A DNA stretch of 64,000 bases from assembly GCF_035594765.1 (NCBI RefSeq), contig NC_085841.1, forward strand, positions 161,247,574 through 161,311,573, given 5' to 3'. The notes under the pieces are model-generated. The model was not told where the DNA came from, did no database searches, and was given only the letters and a program-made list of their open reading frames with translations. Every line of letters begins with the position of its first letter. Within the stretch, counting starts at the first letter, position 1. This stretch comes from Anolis carolinensis (lineage: Eukaryota). Positions 1-13,600 of this stretch are shown here, piece after piece. The position numbers were made by a program, and so were the translations under genes.

Positions 1-725
1 GGAGTGGAGGCACTCATATTTTCTCCCTTTCAAACATGTCTTTATAAGAATAATGGAGTTATATGTGACAGAAATCCACATTGCTTTTTAAGTGAGATAC
101 TGCTGCCATATTGATAGCATAAATGGGTCATGGTGCCTTTTAAATAGAACATTCTTGGCAGGTTTCCTTGCCTGCAGAGAAACGCATTGAATTCCAATGA
201 AGTTTTGCCTTCTCTGAAGTTTTGGAAAAGATTGCCAATTCTTCGCAACCCACATTGCCACTGACACGTCATCTTTTGATTGTCTTATTATTAGGTTAAT
301 GGGAGATGGGGCGGGAGGGGGGAGGCAGAAAAATAGGTTTCTTTGCACTTACCATCCCCATCCTCCCCCCTTTATTCAAACAGTAGGCCCATTTTAATCA
401 GACAACCACAATGTGATGTTCTGCTTTTTCCCCATTGTTGCAGATATGTTGCTATGGAGATATGAGCACTTTTATCTCCAAATATGTGTGATAGCTCTTT
501 CCCCCAATGTTGTTGTTTTTGTAGTGAAAAGAAAGTACCCCAAAATGGAAGTGAAAAGACCTTGATGTTTGTTGTGATAACAACCAAGAGTTTTACCTCT
601 ATTGAATCAAAGTTATCAGTTTTTTAAAGGGGTTTCTTTAAAAATTGGGGCTATGTAAGGGGCTTCAGCCAATGGATTGCACTTTTATCCAGGACGGTAT
701 ATCTTGTAACTAACATTTTCTAGTA

Positions 726-1068
726 CAGTGTTCCCTCACTTATCGCTGGGGTTAGGTTCCAGGACCACTTGCAATAAATGAAAATCAGCAAAGTAGGGAC
801 GCTATATTTATTTTAATATTTATGCATTATTTTAGTAGTTATACACTATTTTAAGTCTTTATCAACCAATTGTGTGTTGATAAATCACCTCCTTCTCCTC
901 CCGTTGCTGTTTGGACTCCTTTTCTCTCCCTTTGGCTTCTCCTTCCTCCCTTCCTTAGGCTGTAAATTGTAATTTTTTATGATTTATAATATTCTTTTAG
1001 AGTTTATTGAAAAACCGCAGAACAGCGAATCCACGAAAAGTGAACTGTGAAGTAGTGAGGGAACACAG
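726..1068. mobile_element. Tc1/mariner-pogo-type MITE
   Basis: TIRs CAGTGTTCCCTCACT / AGTGAGGGAACACAG, flanked by TA on both sides; near-identical second copy starts at 61392. Confidence 0.8.
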
Positions 1069-2477
1069 TACTGCAAGCACTAAAAAATGGCAGATGTTTC
1101 ACCTTCAGACATACTATGAGTCTAGAATGAGGTGGGAACTGTACAATCTCCAGACCACATGTGACCCTATGGGGTGGCACATGTAGTTCCATGTACTGTT
1201 TATAACCACAAAGCCCACCAAAAGAGAAACATTCACCACCACCCCAAACCATTATAAAATGTTATTTCAGGTGCCTCTATCTCAGAGCAGCAAAACGACC
1301 TCCCAGAAAGGTCCCAAAAGACAACTTGGAGTAAGTCAGTATCCATGGTGGCTCTGATGTTCATGGTAGGGCTCTCTGGAAGTTCACAATGTTTTGGAAT
1401 GTGCCCATCCCAACTAGAAGATACAGCTTAAGAAGGGGGAAAGATATTGAAAGAAAAGAGAGGGGAAGACAGGTATCAAAATATGCCAATCGTGTAATGA
1501 TGCTGCTGAATGACCACTGAGTAGAAAGCCAAATGTTAATGGTTCTAGTCTACCCAATGGAGTAGGCTTGGTGTCTCCCTTCTTTTGGTGCAATTTCAAC
1601 CAGTTCCAGAAAAAGAGAACTCTTTTGTTTGGTCTTTTGCTGAGCTCATGGTTTTATTTTAAACCTTCTTTCATCATGGTTACCTTCTAACATCCCTCAC
1701 TCTTACTAAGTAGAGGCTCTTATTTTAGAACAGTGATTCTTAAACTTTTCTTTACCATGGATTCCCTTTAAGGCTTTTCTGTTGCCATAAAGCACAAAAA
1801 CTTAAGATTAAAACCCATCAAATATTTAATTAAAGTTGTGTATCAAAGGTCTTCAAATCTGGAGAAAAGGCAGAAATAAGTAAAGGTATAGACTGCTATT
1901 AGAATACTTTTATTGGAATGATTCTATACCAATGTCATACTACTATGTCTACCAATAATTATGATGTCACTAATAATACCTGAACACCTAACAATGGCCT
2001 AATATTATTTGTTAATTTTACTTACTTAATGAATTATGTAGAAGACTGGTACTGCATTTTATTTACAAATCTTAATAGCTGAAACGAAGTTCTGATTACT
2101 TTCCCAAGAAGTTTCTATATTCTTAAGATAAATGAGAGCAGAGACCGATTTTTCAAACAATTATGTTTTTATGAAAGGCATCAGTACGTTCTCATCCCTC
2201 TTCAATAGTTCCAGAAAATCTGTTTGTAAATGAGCCCAGAAATTTGGAAGGAACAGTTCCTAGAAATGCTGTGTGCTTTCAGCCACTTAGTGTCATTCAC
2301 TTGTATCTTTTCAGCACATCTAGACAGAGAAAGTCCTGAGTATGTTTTTTTTTCCTTTGTAAACAGTTGTTTTCATTTTTCTTTTGGATGGATTGATATA
2401 CTGTAATGAAACATTGCATCAATGATATCAATCAGCAGTGGAAAGACTCCCATTCTTTGAGATCAATGTATGACCAT

Positions 2478-4451
2478 TAGGGGTGTGCAAAATTTCATTT
2501 TTAATTAAAAAGTCATATCTAATTTGTAAGTTTTGTATAAATGAACAGATATTAAGAAACATGGGCGGGGGTTCCCCTCGCAAAAATTTAAGAATCAAAA
2601 CTCACCTAATACTTTTTCATTTGAATTCTATAATGCTTGGAAGCCTATCAAAGTCAGTTTCATTTCCAGCACAAGTGAGGGAAGCCAAAAAGTGTAGTGT
2701 CTCAGAGACCTCTGAGTCGTGACCCCGTCGCCATTATGGATCAGACCGAAGAAGAGATGGGGTTTGTGCCATTTCCGCACGATTCTGCTCCCTTCCAGAT
2801 GTCCCCTGTTGACAGTTTTAGCCCACAGTTAATTAAAAAGGGCCTTGACTCACAGCCCGGTTCTCCAGAGAACGCTATGTTTGACCGCAAATTGTTTTGG
2901 GAAACATCTCGCGCGGAGAAACAGATTTTGAGGAGAAGCGCTAGATTAGCGGAGAGAGCAAGCGTTAATTAAGCCGGTTCCCTTGAGAGTTTCCCAGGAG
3001 GATTGCAGCTGGCAAGTTGTTGACTTAGTCCACTTTCCTTTGGGAAAGAGTGTTCAGACACCTGGCTGGAAAGGAGAGCGAAGTCCCATAAAAGTTCTGG
3101 GCGCCAACTGTCCCTTGCGGTGTTCAACGTGTCAGTTGAGGAATTCACATCGACTCTAGTTCTGCAGCGCGCTACTCTCGAGTAGACCGGCGTTGCATCT
3201 CGTCTCCCTGTCAAGCCTGGACAGCGATTCAGCTTTACCATGACTAACTTTGCCTTGCCTTGCATCCTAGCCTTGGATTTGAGCCCTGGAATTCTTTGAC
3301 AGATCTTGCCTTAATCCCCACTCAGCCGAAAGGTTTGAGTGTGTCTCGGTTATTGGATTTAAAACTTCGAACTCTAATACTGGACATCTACTTTCATATT
3401 ACTGGACTATATTTGACCTTTCCTGAAAGGTCTACTGCTGGACTATATACTCTGCTTATTTTTAGTTGTCTCCTTTATTTCCTTAATAAAGATATTAGAT
3501 TGTTTATTGACCTTCGTGTCTGATTCCAAGTGCTCACACTGCCCTGAGGTGTCACAAAAAGGCTGCTAGTCCTCTTTAAATGAATGGTCTCTCGCCATGA
3601 GGAGAGGAAAGCAGCAGGACTGGCGAGCTGAGTGAAAGACACTGAGATAGCAAAGAATTCTGAGAAATGTAGTTTGGGAAGGCAAGGAGTCCTATGGCAG
3701 AGAATTCAAAAGGCCTTGCCCTAAACTACATTTTCAAGAATTCTATTCAGCATCAGAAATCTCAATTAGGATAGAGGAGAGATTTGTCCCTCCTGGCAGC
3801 AGCCAGAGTTCCAATAAATTATTGAATCAGCAAACAGGAGGACTGACTGATACTTTATTATTAGAAAGTAAATCAGTGCTGGGCTGGGAAGAAACATCCC
3901 TTAATTGAAGTTCTATTGGTTAACATGAGAGACATTCAATGAGATAGTTGTTGTGGCTTTTTTAAAAAATGGTTTTGTCAAAACTTTTTTAAAAATCCAA
4001 ATGCCAGTAGAGGTATGAATATTTCTGAAACTTGAGTGGGATGATCCCCTTCTGTCCTTGTTATCTTCTGTCCTTGCATATAAAATTCAAGAAGATTGCT
4101 CTTGTGGGATTTTTTTAAAAAAATGTTGTTTGTAAAAACTTTGAAAATTTCCCAAAAATCAGTGGATGAGTGAAATGTTCTGAAACTTGATGGGCTAACA
4201 GTAGTAAATGTGTCCTATAATCATAGCAAATGTCATGCCAATAGCTCTAACAATGAGGGAGAAAGATGCCCCTGAAGTTTCCCCATTGGCACAATTAGTT
4301 ACTTAACGAATAGTAACAAAAAGATAGTTAACTCATTATAGTTATGATACAGATTCCGTCCAATTTCAGAAACACTTTAGAAATTATTTTTTCCCCACCC
4401 CCTAATTTTATAATGAGAAATGAAACTTTTTTCATTGATCGCACAGGTCTA
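2478..4451. mobile_element. Non-autonomous hAT element (TAG...CTA termini)
   Basis: Imperfect TIRs TAGGGGTGTGC / GCACAGGTCTA; 8-bp TSD ATGACCAT (2470-2477) vs ATGCCCAT (4452-4459), 7/8 match. Confidence 0.7.
2693..3556 (+). mobile_element. Solo LTR (864 bp) of an LTR retrotransposon, probably Gypsy or BEL-type
   Basis: TGT...ACA termini; exact 5-bp TSD AAAAG (2688-2692 and 3557-3561); TATA-like CATAAAA near 3087; AATAAA at 3485-3490; CpG-richer than flanks. Confidence 0.85.
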
Positions 4452-7400
4452 ATGCCCATCTATATACCTAGCCATCTTCCTTCCTCCCTTCCTTCCTGCC
4501 ACCTTACCTTCTTTCCTATTTTAATTAAAAGTTCATAGCATTTTTTCAATCCTTCACAACCCTACAGCGATCTATGGACCCTAAATTAAGAACCACTCTT
4601 TTAGAAGATCAGTTTTTTTCTCCTGTCGTGGATACACCAAATATAAAGAACTAGGATTTCTAGTTTCTTATATTTCCACTACTTGAACTAGATCAGTTGT
4701 TTGGACCTCAGCACTCCCCATACATTTCTGCTTTGTTTTGCTTGTCAAGAGCACTGTTAGTTTTGCAAGAGAACAATTTTTGTCATTTCCTTAAATGACC
4801 TAGACAGGTTTCACTGTGCTAAGCTAACATTCAAACTGAAAGAGGGGAATGTAATAGAGTGCTAATCTCAAATGAATCCAGTCAGGCCTGTCAAAATTTC
4901 CATAGTGCAAAGCAGCCCTTGGTAACCTATTGCTTAAAAACAAAAAAACAAAACAGCAACTCATCAGATTTTTAATTTTCAGAAAGTTAACATTTTTAAA
5001 CCTTGGAGCAGGAATTACTGGGTTCTCTTCATTGCATGTGATAGAATGCATCCTTAAATTGGGTCCTGCATATTTTTAAACAGGTGATTCCTGATTATAT
5101 GCCCTCCAATTTCTCTGATTCAGAAGGAACGGTGCCAAGACATCCTCTGCCTTTTTTAAAATTTTATTTCACGTTGTTCTGATTTTTCTTGATAGCAGCT
5201 ATCTTCAGTACAAGACACTGAATGCATGGGCTTAATTTATATACAGTCTGGTCCTCTATCCTTGCAGAACCCGTACTGCAGCTTCATCTACCTACATCTG
5301 ACAAAATACGTCCACTCTAGGAATTTTCTAGGTCCTTCAAGCAATTCTATGTTATACTTCTGCTGAAAGTTATCATAGAGCTCTGTTGGGGGAACTAGCA
5401 AATTCGTATAGAAAATATCTCCCTAGGAATTTTGTAAGACTTTTAGAGCAACTATGTAGTAACATCAGGCAGAAGTAATTCCTTTCAATAGTGTTTGCTA
5501 GTATCCACAATTTCCTTTTTCCACAGTAAGTTCAGGAATATACCCCTTGTTTCTGATTCTGGTGCATGCAAGAATCCTCCTCTTTGTTTAAACTATTTCC
5601 TTCTTTTTATATTTGTCTCAGATGTAGCGGAGGCTGGATTGTCAAGTAAACCTCTCTACAAACAGTAAGAGTACAGTAAGAGTAAGAGAGGTGACACAAA
5701 TGTCAACAAGCTGATAGTCTCCAATTGACTTGAACAATGAAAGATACTGCAGAGCTGCATATGTTACTTATTCCAGTTGTTCTCAAAGACCATAGAGTTT
5801 GTGAAATGTCAGCAGAGCTAAAAGGACATTTCTTTAATTGAAAGGAATCCCAAGGCAAAGGAGGGAGGGAAGAAGGAATATTTTGTCATCTGTTGCATTT
5901 TCTCACTCGATCTTATACATATTGTGTTACTAATGTGATGACAGGCAGCTTTCAAAAATGGTTGTTGGGCTATTATTTCTTCTGGAATCAACTTAATTGT
6001 CTGTGTTTAAGGATATCTTTCGAGGAAACCCCAGCCAACCCCCTTTCTTTCTGACAGATCCATATGGTTCTGAGTAGACAATTCTTTCTATAGATAATAC
6101 TCTAGCTTTCTCTCACAAAGAGAGAGGGAGTGAAAGAAGGGAGAGAGGGAGGGAGAGATGAACACGGAGAAAGCCAGAACCTTGGTTAAGAGATTTTACA
6201 CACACTGTCAATCCAGGCTGTCAAACTGGAATTAACTCATTAAAAATAATGGCTGGTATCCTGTTGGAAATGTATGATGTCATAAATCAACTTGGGATTC
6301 AGCTCTGTGCCTGGCTGGGGAATGTTGTCCTAGCTGCATTACCAGGACCATTGAACAGAGGAGTGAGCAGTGTGGCCATTGCAATATATACCCAATGGGT
6401 AACAGTACAGCACTCTGCAGGACAGGTTGAGCTTATTCGGGACTTATCAATTGGGTATAGGGACACCGTTTCCATGCAGTCTGGAAACAGAGACCAATGG
6501 GAGCCACACAGAGATCATCACAGGACATAAGAACACTTCTGATGAGACTCCATGGGTCTTCATTTCCACAGCACATGCAAATGGAGCCCTATACCCATTT
6601 TCAGGAGTCGGGTGTTACCCAACTCCAAACAGCCTTAAGATGAGAGAACGCAAGGGAAAAATGGGTAAGGATGTTGGGTGGCAGGTCATCCCTCAAGATG
6701 GGGAAAGATGGAACAGAGTAAGACAGTTCCCTTCACTTTTCCCCAATTTACCTCACTTTCCCCTACCCCTCCTCCCTTTGTCTGATGAAGTGACAGAGCA
6801 AGGAGAGAGGAAAATGGACTCCATCAGAGCCACAAGCCACTGGGAATCCAGAATGGAGTGCAATGGAAGGTCTTGGGTGCCTGTGCCTGGTTGGAGAGAT
6901 GCCTCCATCTTTTATGGTACTTCATTGTGCAGCAGGAGGCTCATTTCATAATGGAACACCTCACATGGTCTCCTTTGTGTGTCATCATCAGGGTTGCTTC
7001 TCCTATTGGTGAAGTATCTCCATCATCCTAAAATTGTGCAGCACATCCTGTGATGCAGGATCTCAGCCACTGTTACTTCTTGTTAATGAATTCTGTTAAT
7101 TATATTATGTGTAAGTGTTCTTATTGCAACAGAAACTCTGCAATACTCGGACTTTGATGGCCTGCAGTACAAAACAGAAGATGGAAAAAGATGGGAAGAT
7201 TGAGTAGTTAATGTGTTTGAGATGGTAGAAATGCACAACTTAACTATGCTGTTAAGGAGTAAAAAAAACCTGATTATTTTTAAAACTGGCAACTTTTTCA
7301 CAATTTTTAAACAAGAGCAGAAAAATAACTCTTGAAGGTTTTAAAATTTAGTTAAATTCATGATAGTAAGTTGGCAAGGTAGTAAATTAACATGTAATTG

Positions 7401-9202
7401 TGGGAATTTAGCTCATAAAACAATAAATTCAATGATGTAAATATGAATGCCCTTTTATGACACCTGAAATGAGTTGCCTGACACACTATCACATCTGCCT
7501 AACAAAGGGGACAGCCTTTGTCATCATTAAAACCCTTTCCTGCCACCCAATCTTGAGGTGGGAAGTGTGAAGAAGGAAGCTTACTTTCTGCCATTGCTTT
7601 CCCTTCATGTAAAACTTTGGACAATATGAATTCTGTATCACAGAACTGTAAGTACATAGAGCGGACTCCTATTTTCTAATTGCAGTTTTTGGTTTCCATA
7701 TCTGTGAAACCGTGACTCCATTTGGAGTTTTCAAATTTCATTTAGAGGAGTTCTCCAAAATACATAACTTTCAGTTCAGCACTCTGGATAGCTTTTCTAA
7801 ATGTCTGGAACAAAACCCAGTGTGGAGTCGCCATCCTAGTAACAGGAAAAGACAGCAGAACTTCCCTCCTGCCTTCACCAAAACAAGACAAACATTTCAC
7901 AGATGACAGGGATGTGTGGGCAGAGCTGGAAAGCATGGTCCTCTTCTCCCCCTCAGCTGGTGTCAATGGCTGTCATTGGGGCCAAAACGTTGATGTCTAT
8001 AAAATAAAGCTAAAGGAATAAAGACTTTTGACCACTGGTGGTTAATAAATGTTACATCTTAGCATAATTACTTTTCATAATGTATATGATCTTGCCCATG
8101 CTCATATTTTCTGTATTCTCTCAATCCCTTCTTTATTCTTTCTCCTTTCTTGCAAATCACTTTAAAAAAACCCAATAAATAAAAAAAACTGAAATAACTG
8201 GGACAAATTCCAAGGAGGGCTACTATCTTGATTTTTATAAGGTTCACAATAGGTGCACCTGCAGGTCTAAACAGAGTTCTCCAACAAATCAGACTGCCAC
8301 CTATAATGGAGGGAGGTAAAAGCCTTAGCAGCAAACAGAGCAAGTCACACCCCCAAAGGGAAGTTCCCAGATCAACAGGAAATCTCTCCAAGATATTTAT
8401 ACAAATACAGCACATTGGATTTTTTCCCTCTTTACCTGCAAAAGAACCTTTCACAAGTCTCATTGGAATGTTGCTTTACCACGCCTTGGGCTCCAAGAAA
8501 CAATGCCCCAAATCACCATAATCATCAAACAATGCACTTAAACCAGAGGTCACAGAAGATGCCCAATGCCCTCTTTTGATCTCTTTCTGGGAACTTGCAT
8601 CATCGATAGCACCTAGCTGGACACGCTCTGGGAATCCTCCATTATATGTCACTGTACCTAAATAACCCATGTGCTCACAGTTGGGGCACTAGCTCTGCTG
8701 ATATCCTCTCTGGCCATTTAGAATTAAAGACTTCTGTTCAAGCCTTCACACCCGCCTGTGCTTCTTTTGACCTTCTGGCTGCTTAGCACTCCAGGCTTTC
8801 GAGCCCATGATTTAGTGGAGCTCAAATCATATAACAAAGGTTGAAATCCCATCATTTTAATGTGTACACTGGCTAATTCTATTTCTTTATTAATCCAAAC
8901 AGTAAAAAAAGTATTGACCCTTTACCCGACCATTTCTTAACTTTAACACTTTAAAATCTTTACCACATGCTTTTTCGTTATTAATGTTTAAGCCTTCCTG
9001 GTGTCCTAAAAATAATCGGCCTATTTTATCCCTCTATGGAGAGACAGAGGTACTTTTCTTGTGATTATGAGACAAGTAAATGCATTTCACTTTCTCTGTA
9101 CAAGAATAATCCTCTTGCCTGCAGCACAGAAATAAGTTGCATCTCTTCCTCCATTGGGTATTTGCAGAAATCTATTTCTCACATTTCCTAACACTTCCTC
9201 TC

Positions 9203-9233
<31 letters not shown>

Positions 9234-10501
9234 TAAGACCTAGTAATTACCACCAGCTTTACTGCTCCCTTTACTTCAGCAGTTTTCGGCTGCTTGTTGA
9301 AAAGGTTTTCTTGTTGAAAAGATTAAAAACTAAGAGGCGTAAATAAGATTGGGACTGAATTACCATATGTACGTGTCTATATACTGTCAAAAATATGGGG
9401 CACTTATGATGGCTCATGCCACTGTAAAATGTCTCCCGTGTCATTCAGTGACAAAATAAATTACATCTTTTGAGCAGAACTGTACATTTGTTTTCCTGTC
9501 CTGATATCTACATCTGGGAGTTTAGCACTGTCTCTTGTTTTAGCAGTTTCCTGACTCTTCAGCATGAGCAAAGATTCCCAAATTCTGATCCATGGAAATT
9601 GCCAAAGGCAGATCTAATTTCCTCTCCCTAATATTTAGAAAAGCCACTGTAGTTGAGTAAATGGATTTTAGAACTTTAGAAATGTCATACAGCAAATTTT
9701 GGGAGGAGATATGCACCATAGCCCCCAACATTTCACAGAGGGAAACTAGTACATACAGTAATGGCAGAATGTGGTAAGACTGGAAAAGAGGAAGGGCACA
9801 AGCACTAATAGGAGAGGCTTCAACACTTTGGGTTTGCCTGAGTCAATAGAAAGGCAAGATTATACTCCTTTCACCTCTCCTTCCCCTAAGTTAATTGAGT
9901 GCTAACTATTTTCATCACTTTCCACTGTCTGCAGCGATTTGAATAAGATGAGGACAAAAAAAGGAAGGTGGGCAAAGGAAATAAAAACCAGGACATTTTA
10001 AAAGCAGCTGAAAAGATAGAACAGCAGAGGATTTATTGGAACTATTCCTGCTAAAACTGTACGTTTGGAGGGTAAGATACAGTTTGATTCTAATAATATT
10101 TTCTGACAAATGTCAGAATTGTTGTTTGTTATGCTGAAAGACCACAGTGGGATAGTGCTGTAAGTTTGTGGCTTAGTGCTGTAAATTTGTGGCTATAAAC
10201 CAAAGAGAAGTAGAGGAGAGGTAGAAATCACAAGAAAAAAATGAATGAGGAGGATACAGTGAGGAAAAATTATTGCTTAATTCTCCAAGCACTGTGTGAG
10301 CAACAATCAGATTAAAAGGTGCTTCATTGTAGATCATCAAAAGTAATGCTATACCAGGGTATATTTTACAGTACTATAAATGGCAGCACAGCGTAATGGT
10401 TTGAGCATTGGATAATGATTCTGGAGACTGGGGTTTGAATTTCTACTTGGCCATACATACTCACTAGTTCATCTGATGCAAGTAACACTCTCTCAGTCTC
10501 A

Positions 10502-10640
10502 GGCCCCTTCTGGACAGCTGTATAAAATACACATGGAACTGGATTATATGGCAGTGTGGACTCAGATAATCCAGTTCAAAGCAGATATTTTGGATTATTT
10601 GCTTTGATATTCTGGGTTTCATAGCTGTGTGGAAGGGCCC
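10502..10640. mobile_element. PIF/Harbinger-type MITE
   Basis: Termini GGCCCCTTC / GAAGGGCCC; 3-bp TSD TCA on both sides; same internal motifs (CCAGTTCAAAGCAGATA) as the copies at 28349, 42033-43330 and 53072. Confidence 0.7.
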
Positions 10641-13600
10641 TCAGAGGGAGGCTATAGCAACCCCCCTCTGGCTTGTATAAATTGGTTTTGCTTTTTCAAA
10701 GATATTAGAATGTGCAAATGACCAGCAAAAACTGCACAAAATATTCTCCTCTGTATTATTCTCCTGGTTTTCCAGAAAAATGGGGACACATTGAGACTCT
10801 GATAAGAATAATGGTGAACGTTGTTTCCCTTCCTCCCAATTTCTAACATTTGCATGTATCTGTCTTTCTGCCTCTCTGTCCATGTTAGTAGGGGGGGGGG
10901 AGAATCTGACCTCTTTTGTAGTCATACATTTCTTCCTTTATGTGCATGTGTGGGACATATATTAGCTACCAAAACATGCAATTACTTTCATAAGGTTGTT
11001 TTCTGAAGCATCCTGCCAAGGCTTTGGGAGTGGAAGAGAGCCCCCTCCCTGAAGATATCCAATCCAATCTTATGTTTCCTCCATGGGTACCACTGACTTT
11101 TGGTGGCAGAGCAGGGGGCAGGAGGAGGGGGGGGGGGTCATCTTGCATAACATTTGTACATTTGAAGCAAAGACAGATCCTTAAAATCCTTTCATAGCCT
11201 ATTATTCATGCATCAAGTATGTCTTGGAGGCAGAGAGCTTAGCTGCCCTACATACAAGCTTTCTGAATGTATTTGTACTATCATTTCTTCTCATTCACTT
11301 GGCAAAAAAGAATGATGCTTTTGTTTTCAGTCCCTTCGCCGCTTTCCCCAATGTATGACGACACAAAAGATTTTTTCAGCAGACAGGAAAAATAGGAGTA
11401 GGAGTGAAGAGGTTTGAAAGACATTAGCTGGTGGTGAAATCACTGGCTCAATTGAGAATATTAACCAAGTCTTAACATGCCCTAATGGCAATAAGATATT
11501 AATAATTTAAACAAATCTCCTTTGGGCTGAACAAACAGGCTTCCTGTTTTAAATGCCTAAAAGCAAGAGGGACATCTTCTGTTTACCTACTGTATCTAAA
11601 GAATTATTTTCATTTCTCACCTCCTACCCACTTCTGTATTTTTGAAGTCATTTTTTATTAAGCAGATGGCAACAGAATGCTTGTAATCACGACCCTCCCA
11701 GTAAAAAGGTGATTTTTTTTCTTTGCACTGCTTCAGGATGAGTAGTCTGTTCAAATGTTTGGTTTCAGCCTTGAATGTGACAACAGACAAGGCATCTCTT
11801 GTGAAGAGATGCTGGTGCTAAACACTTCAAAATAAATCACAGAATTCAAACATAGGAGAAGAATCAGGATACATTTAATATATTTGTGCATTAAGGACTG
11901 GAGAGGAGACAGAAACATAGCACTCCTTCAGACATGAATGCTGAACAAAATTATTTGTGGTAGAATCCAGACCCTCAAACATTTAACAGTTGCAAATGAA
12001 AACATGTGAGGCCAAACAACACCACTGAATTTGGGTCCATCCTCAGCATGCTAGCTCCAATGTTTCCAAATCAAGACACACAGAGATGAGGGCAAAATCA
12101 GAGGTCAATTTTATTGCTTCGTTGATCAAGGAAGGATGCCAGGGGAAAGAGAGAATCTGAGATCTGGCATGCCTTCTGTTTGTGGCTATCAGTATTTTAT
12201 GGTCTTTCAGAAACAATGGACTTTATTCTGATGGGTTCAAAGTTTAAATCCATTTTCTCATTGGTTTGATATACATTAATTGTTGTCATATTTCACAGCT
12301 GTGACTCATGCATTGTGTATGGTGGAAACTTCAATAAAGTTTTATTGGAGAAAATATGAATTTGTTGTTTTGCTGGTATCCATCCCCTTTCTGCTTAAAG
12401 GGACTTTCTGGGTAAAATGTTGGTCTATGATAATAGGGACAATAGTCATTGATCTGGATGGAATGGCCTTTAGGTGATGGGATTTCCTGATCTCCCTAAA
12501 TGGGACCATGGGGAGCTGGGTTATGGTGATGAAGTTTTAGATCAGTTTAGATGAGAAATATTATGTCTCTGAATGATTGACTGCCAGCTGATATTTCAAC
12601 CTACTTGTTTTAGAAGGTTTCTGTGTCCTACTTCAAGGCTTGGGGCTCTCTTGCTTCTGATCTTAGGCGGGGACACTGAGAGATCAACCATCTGTGCTCC
12701 ATTTTTGGGTCTGAGTTTTCAAATAATAGCCAAAGCAGCACAAATTATTAATGAGGAAGAATACACAATCTGCGGCAGTTTGCTATCACCTGAGCCCACA
12801 GAGATTCTACCCCACCGCCAACAGAAGTGTTGTTAATTGAGGTATGCCTAGAAATATTCTTCTGTGGTTTAGTTCATTCATTTACTTCTATCTTCTACTC
12901 ATATAATAGGTCCTTGGTACCTGCTGGGTTTTGGATCCAGGGCTCCTCATAGATATCATTTCTGTGGATGCTCAACTTCCATTCTCTACAGTGGTGTAGT
13001 AAAATTATGTTCCTTATATAAAATGGCAAAATCAAAGTTTTCTCTTTAGATTTTTTTTTTGTTTTAAAAAATTCAAGCCATGGATGGTTGACTTCATGAA
13101 TGTGAAGGGATAACAGTACATATAAATGCAAAATGGTAGTGGGGAGGGCTTGTTTCTAGCCCCTAAAGTTGCAGAGTTAAGAAAACAGAGTTTGGGGAGT
13201 GGGTGGAGAGAGGGAAAGGCAAGTACTGGAAGATCAGCACTTAATTATATGTTTTAATTTGAATTACAGAAAGCAGCTTCTTACAGTTGCATCCTTTGTA
13301 CAAATTGGAAGGAGCATGAGACAAAAAGATTGCCTGCATGAGTAATTCAGACCTAGTTTATGATAAAGAATGCAAAAAACAGCTTGTCCCATGTGGGCAG
13401 AAAATGAGGCAAATTGGAAGAAGGCGGCAGGGGTGGGGGAAGCATTAACAAGAATTGCTTGATCTTCCTTGGCAACTGGAAATGTGAAGGGGAAAGAAAA
13501 GGATTTCTGCCATTCTAGTCTTCTTGTGGGATCAAACTAAACAGAGCTGCCTTCAAGCACTGATTCTTTTCTTAAGGATACATATGCATTCAAAGGATGA

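Larger units (their letters stand above)
1731..4598. mobile_element. Old non-autonomous hAT (Charlie-like) element, outermost host of a nested TE stack
   Basis: TIRs CAGTGATTCTTAA / TTAAGAACCACTC; perfect 8-bp TSD TTTTAGAA at 1723-1730 and 4599-4606. Confidence 0.7.

Noticed and set aside
10153-10194. 21-bp tandem duplication TAGTGCTGTAA(G/A)TTTGTGGCT
   Set aside because: Simple two-copy local duplication with no sign of function.
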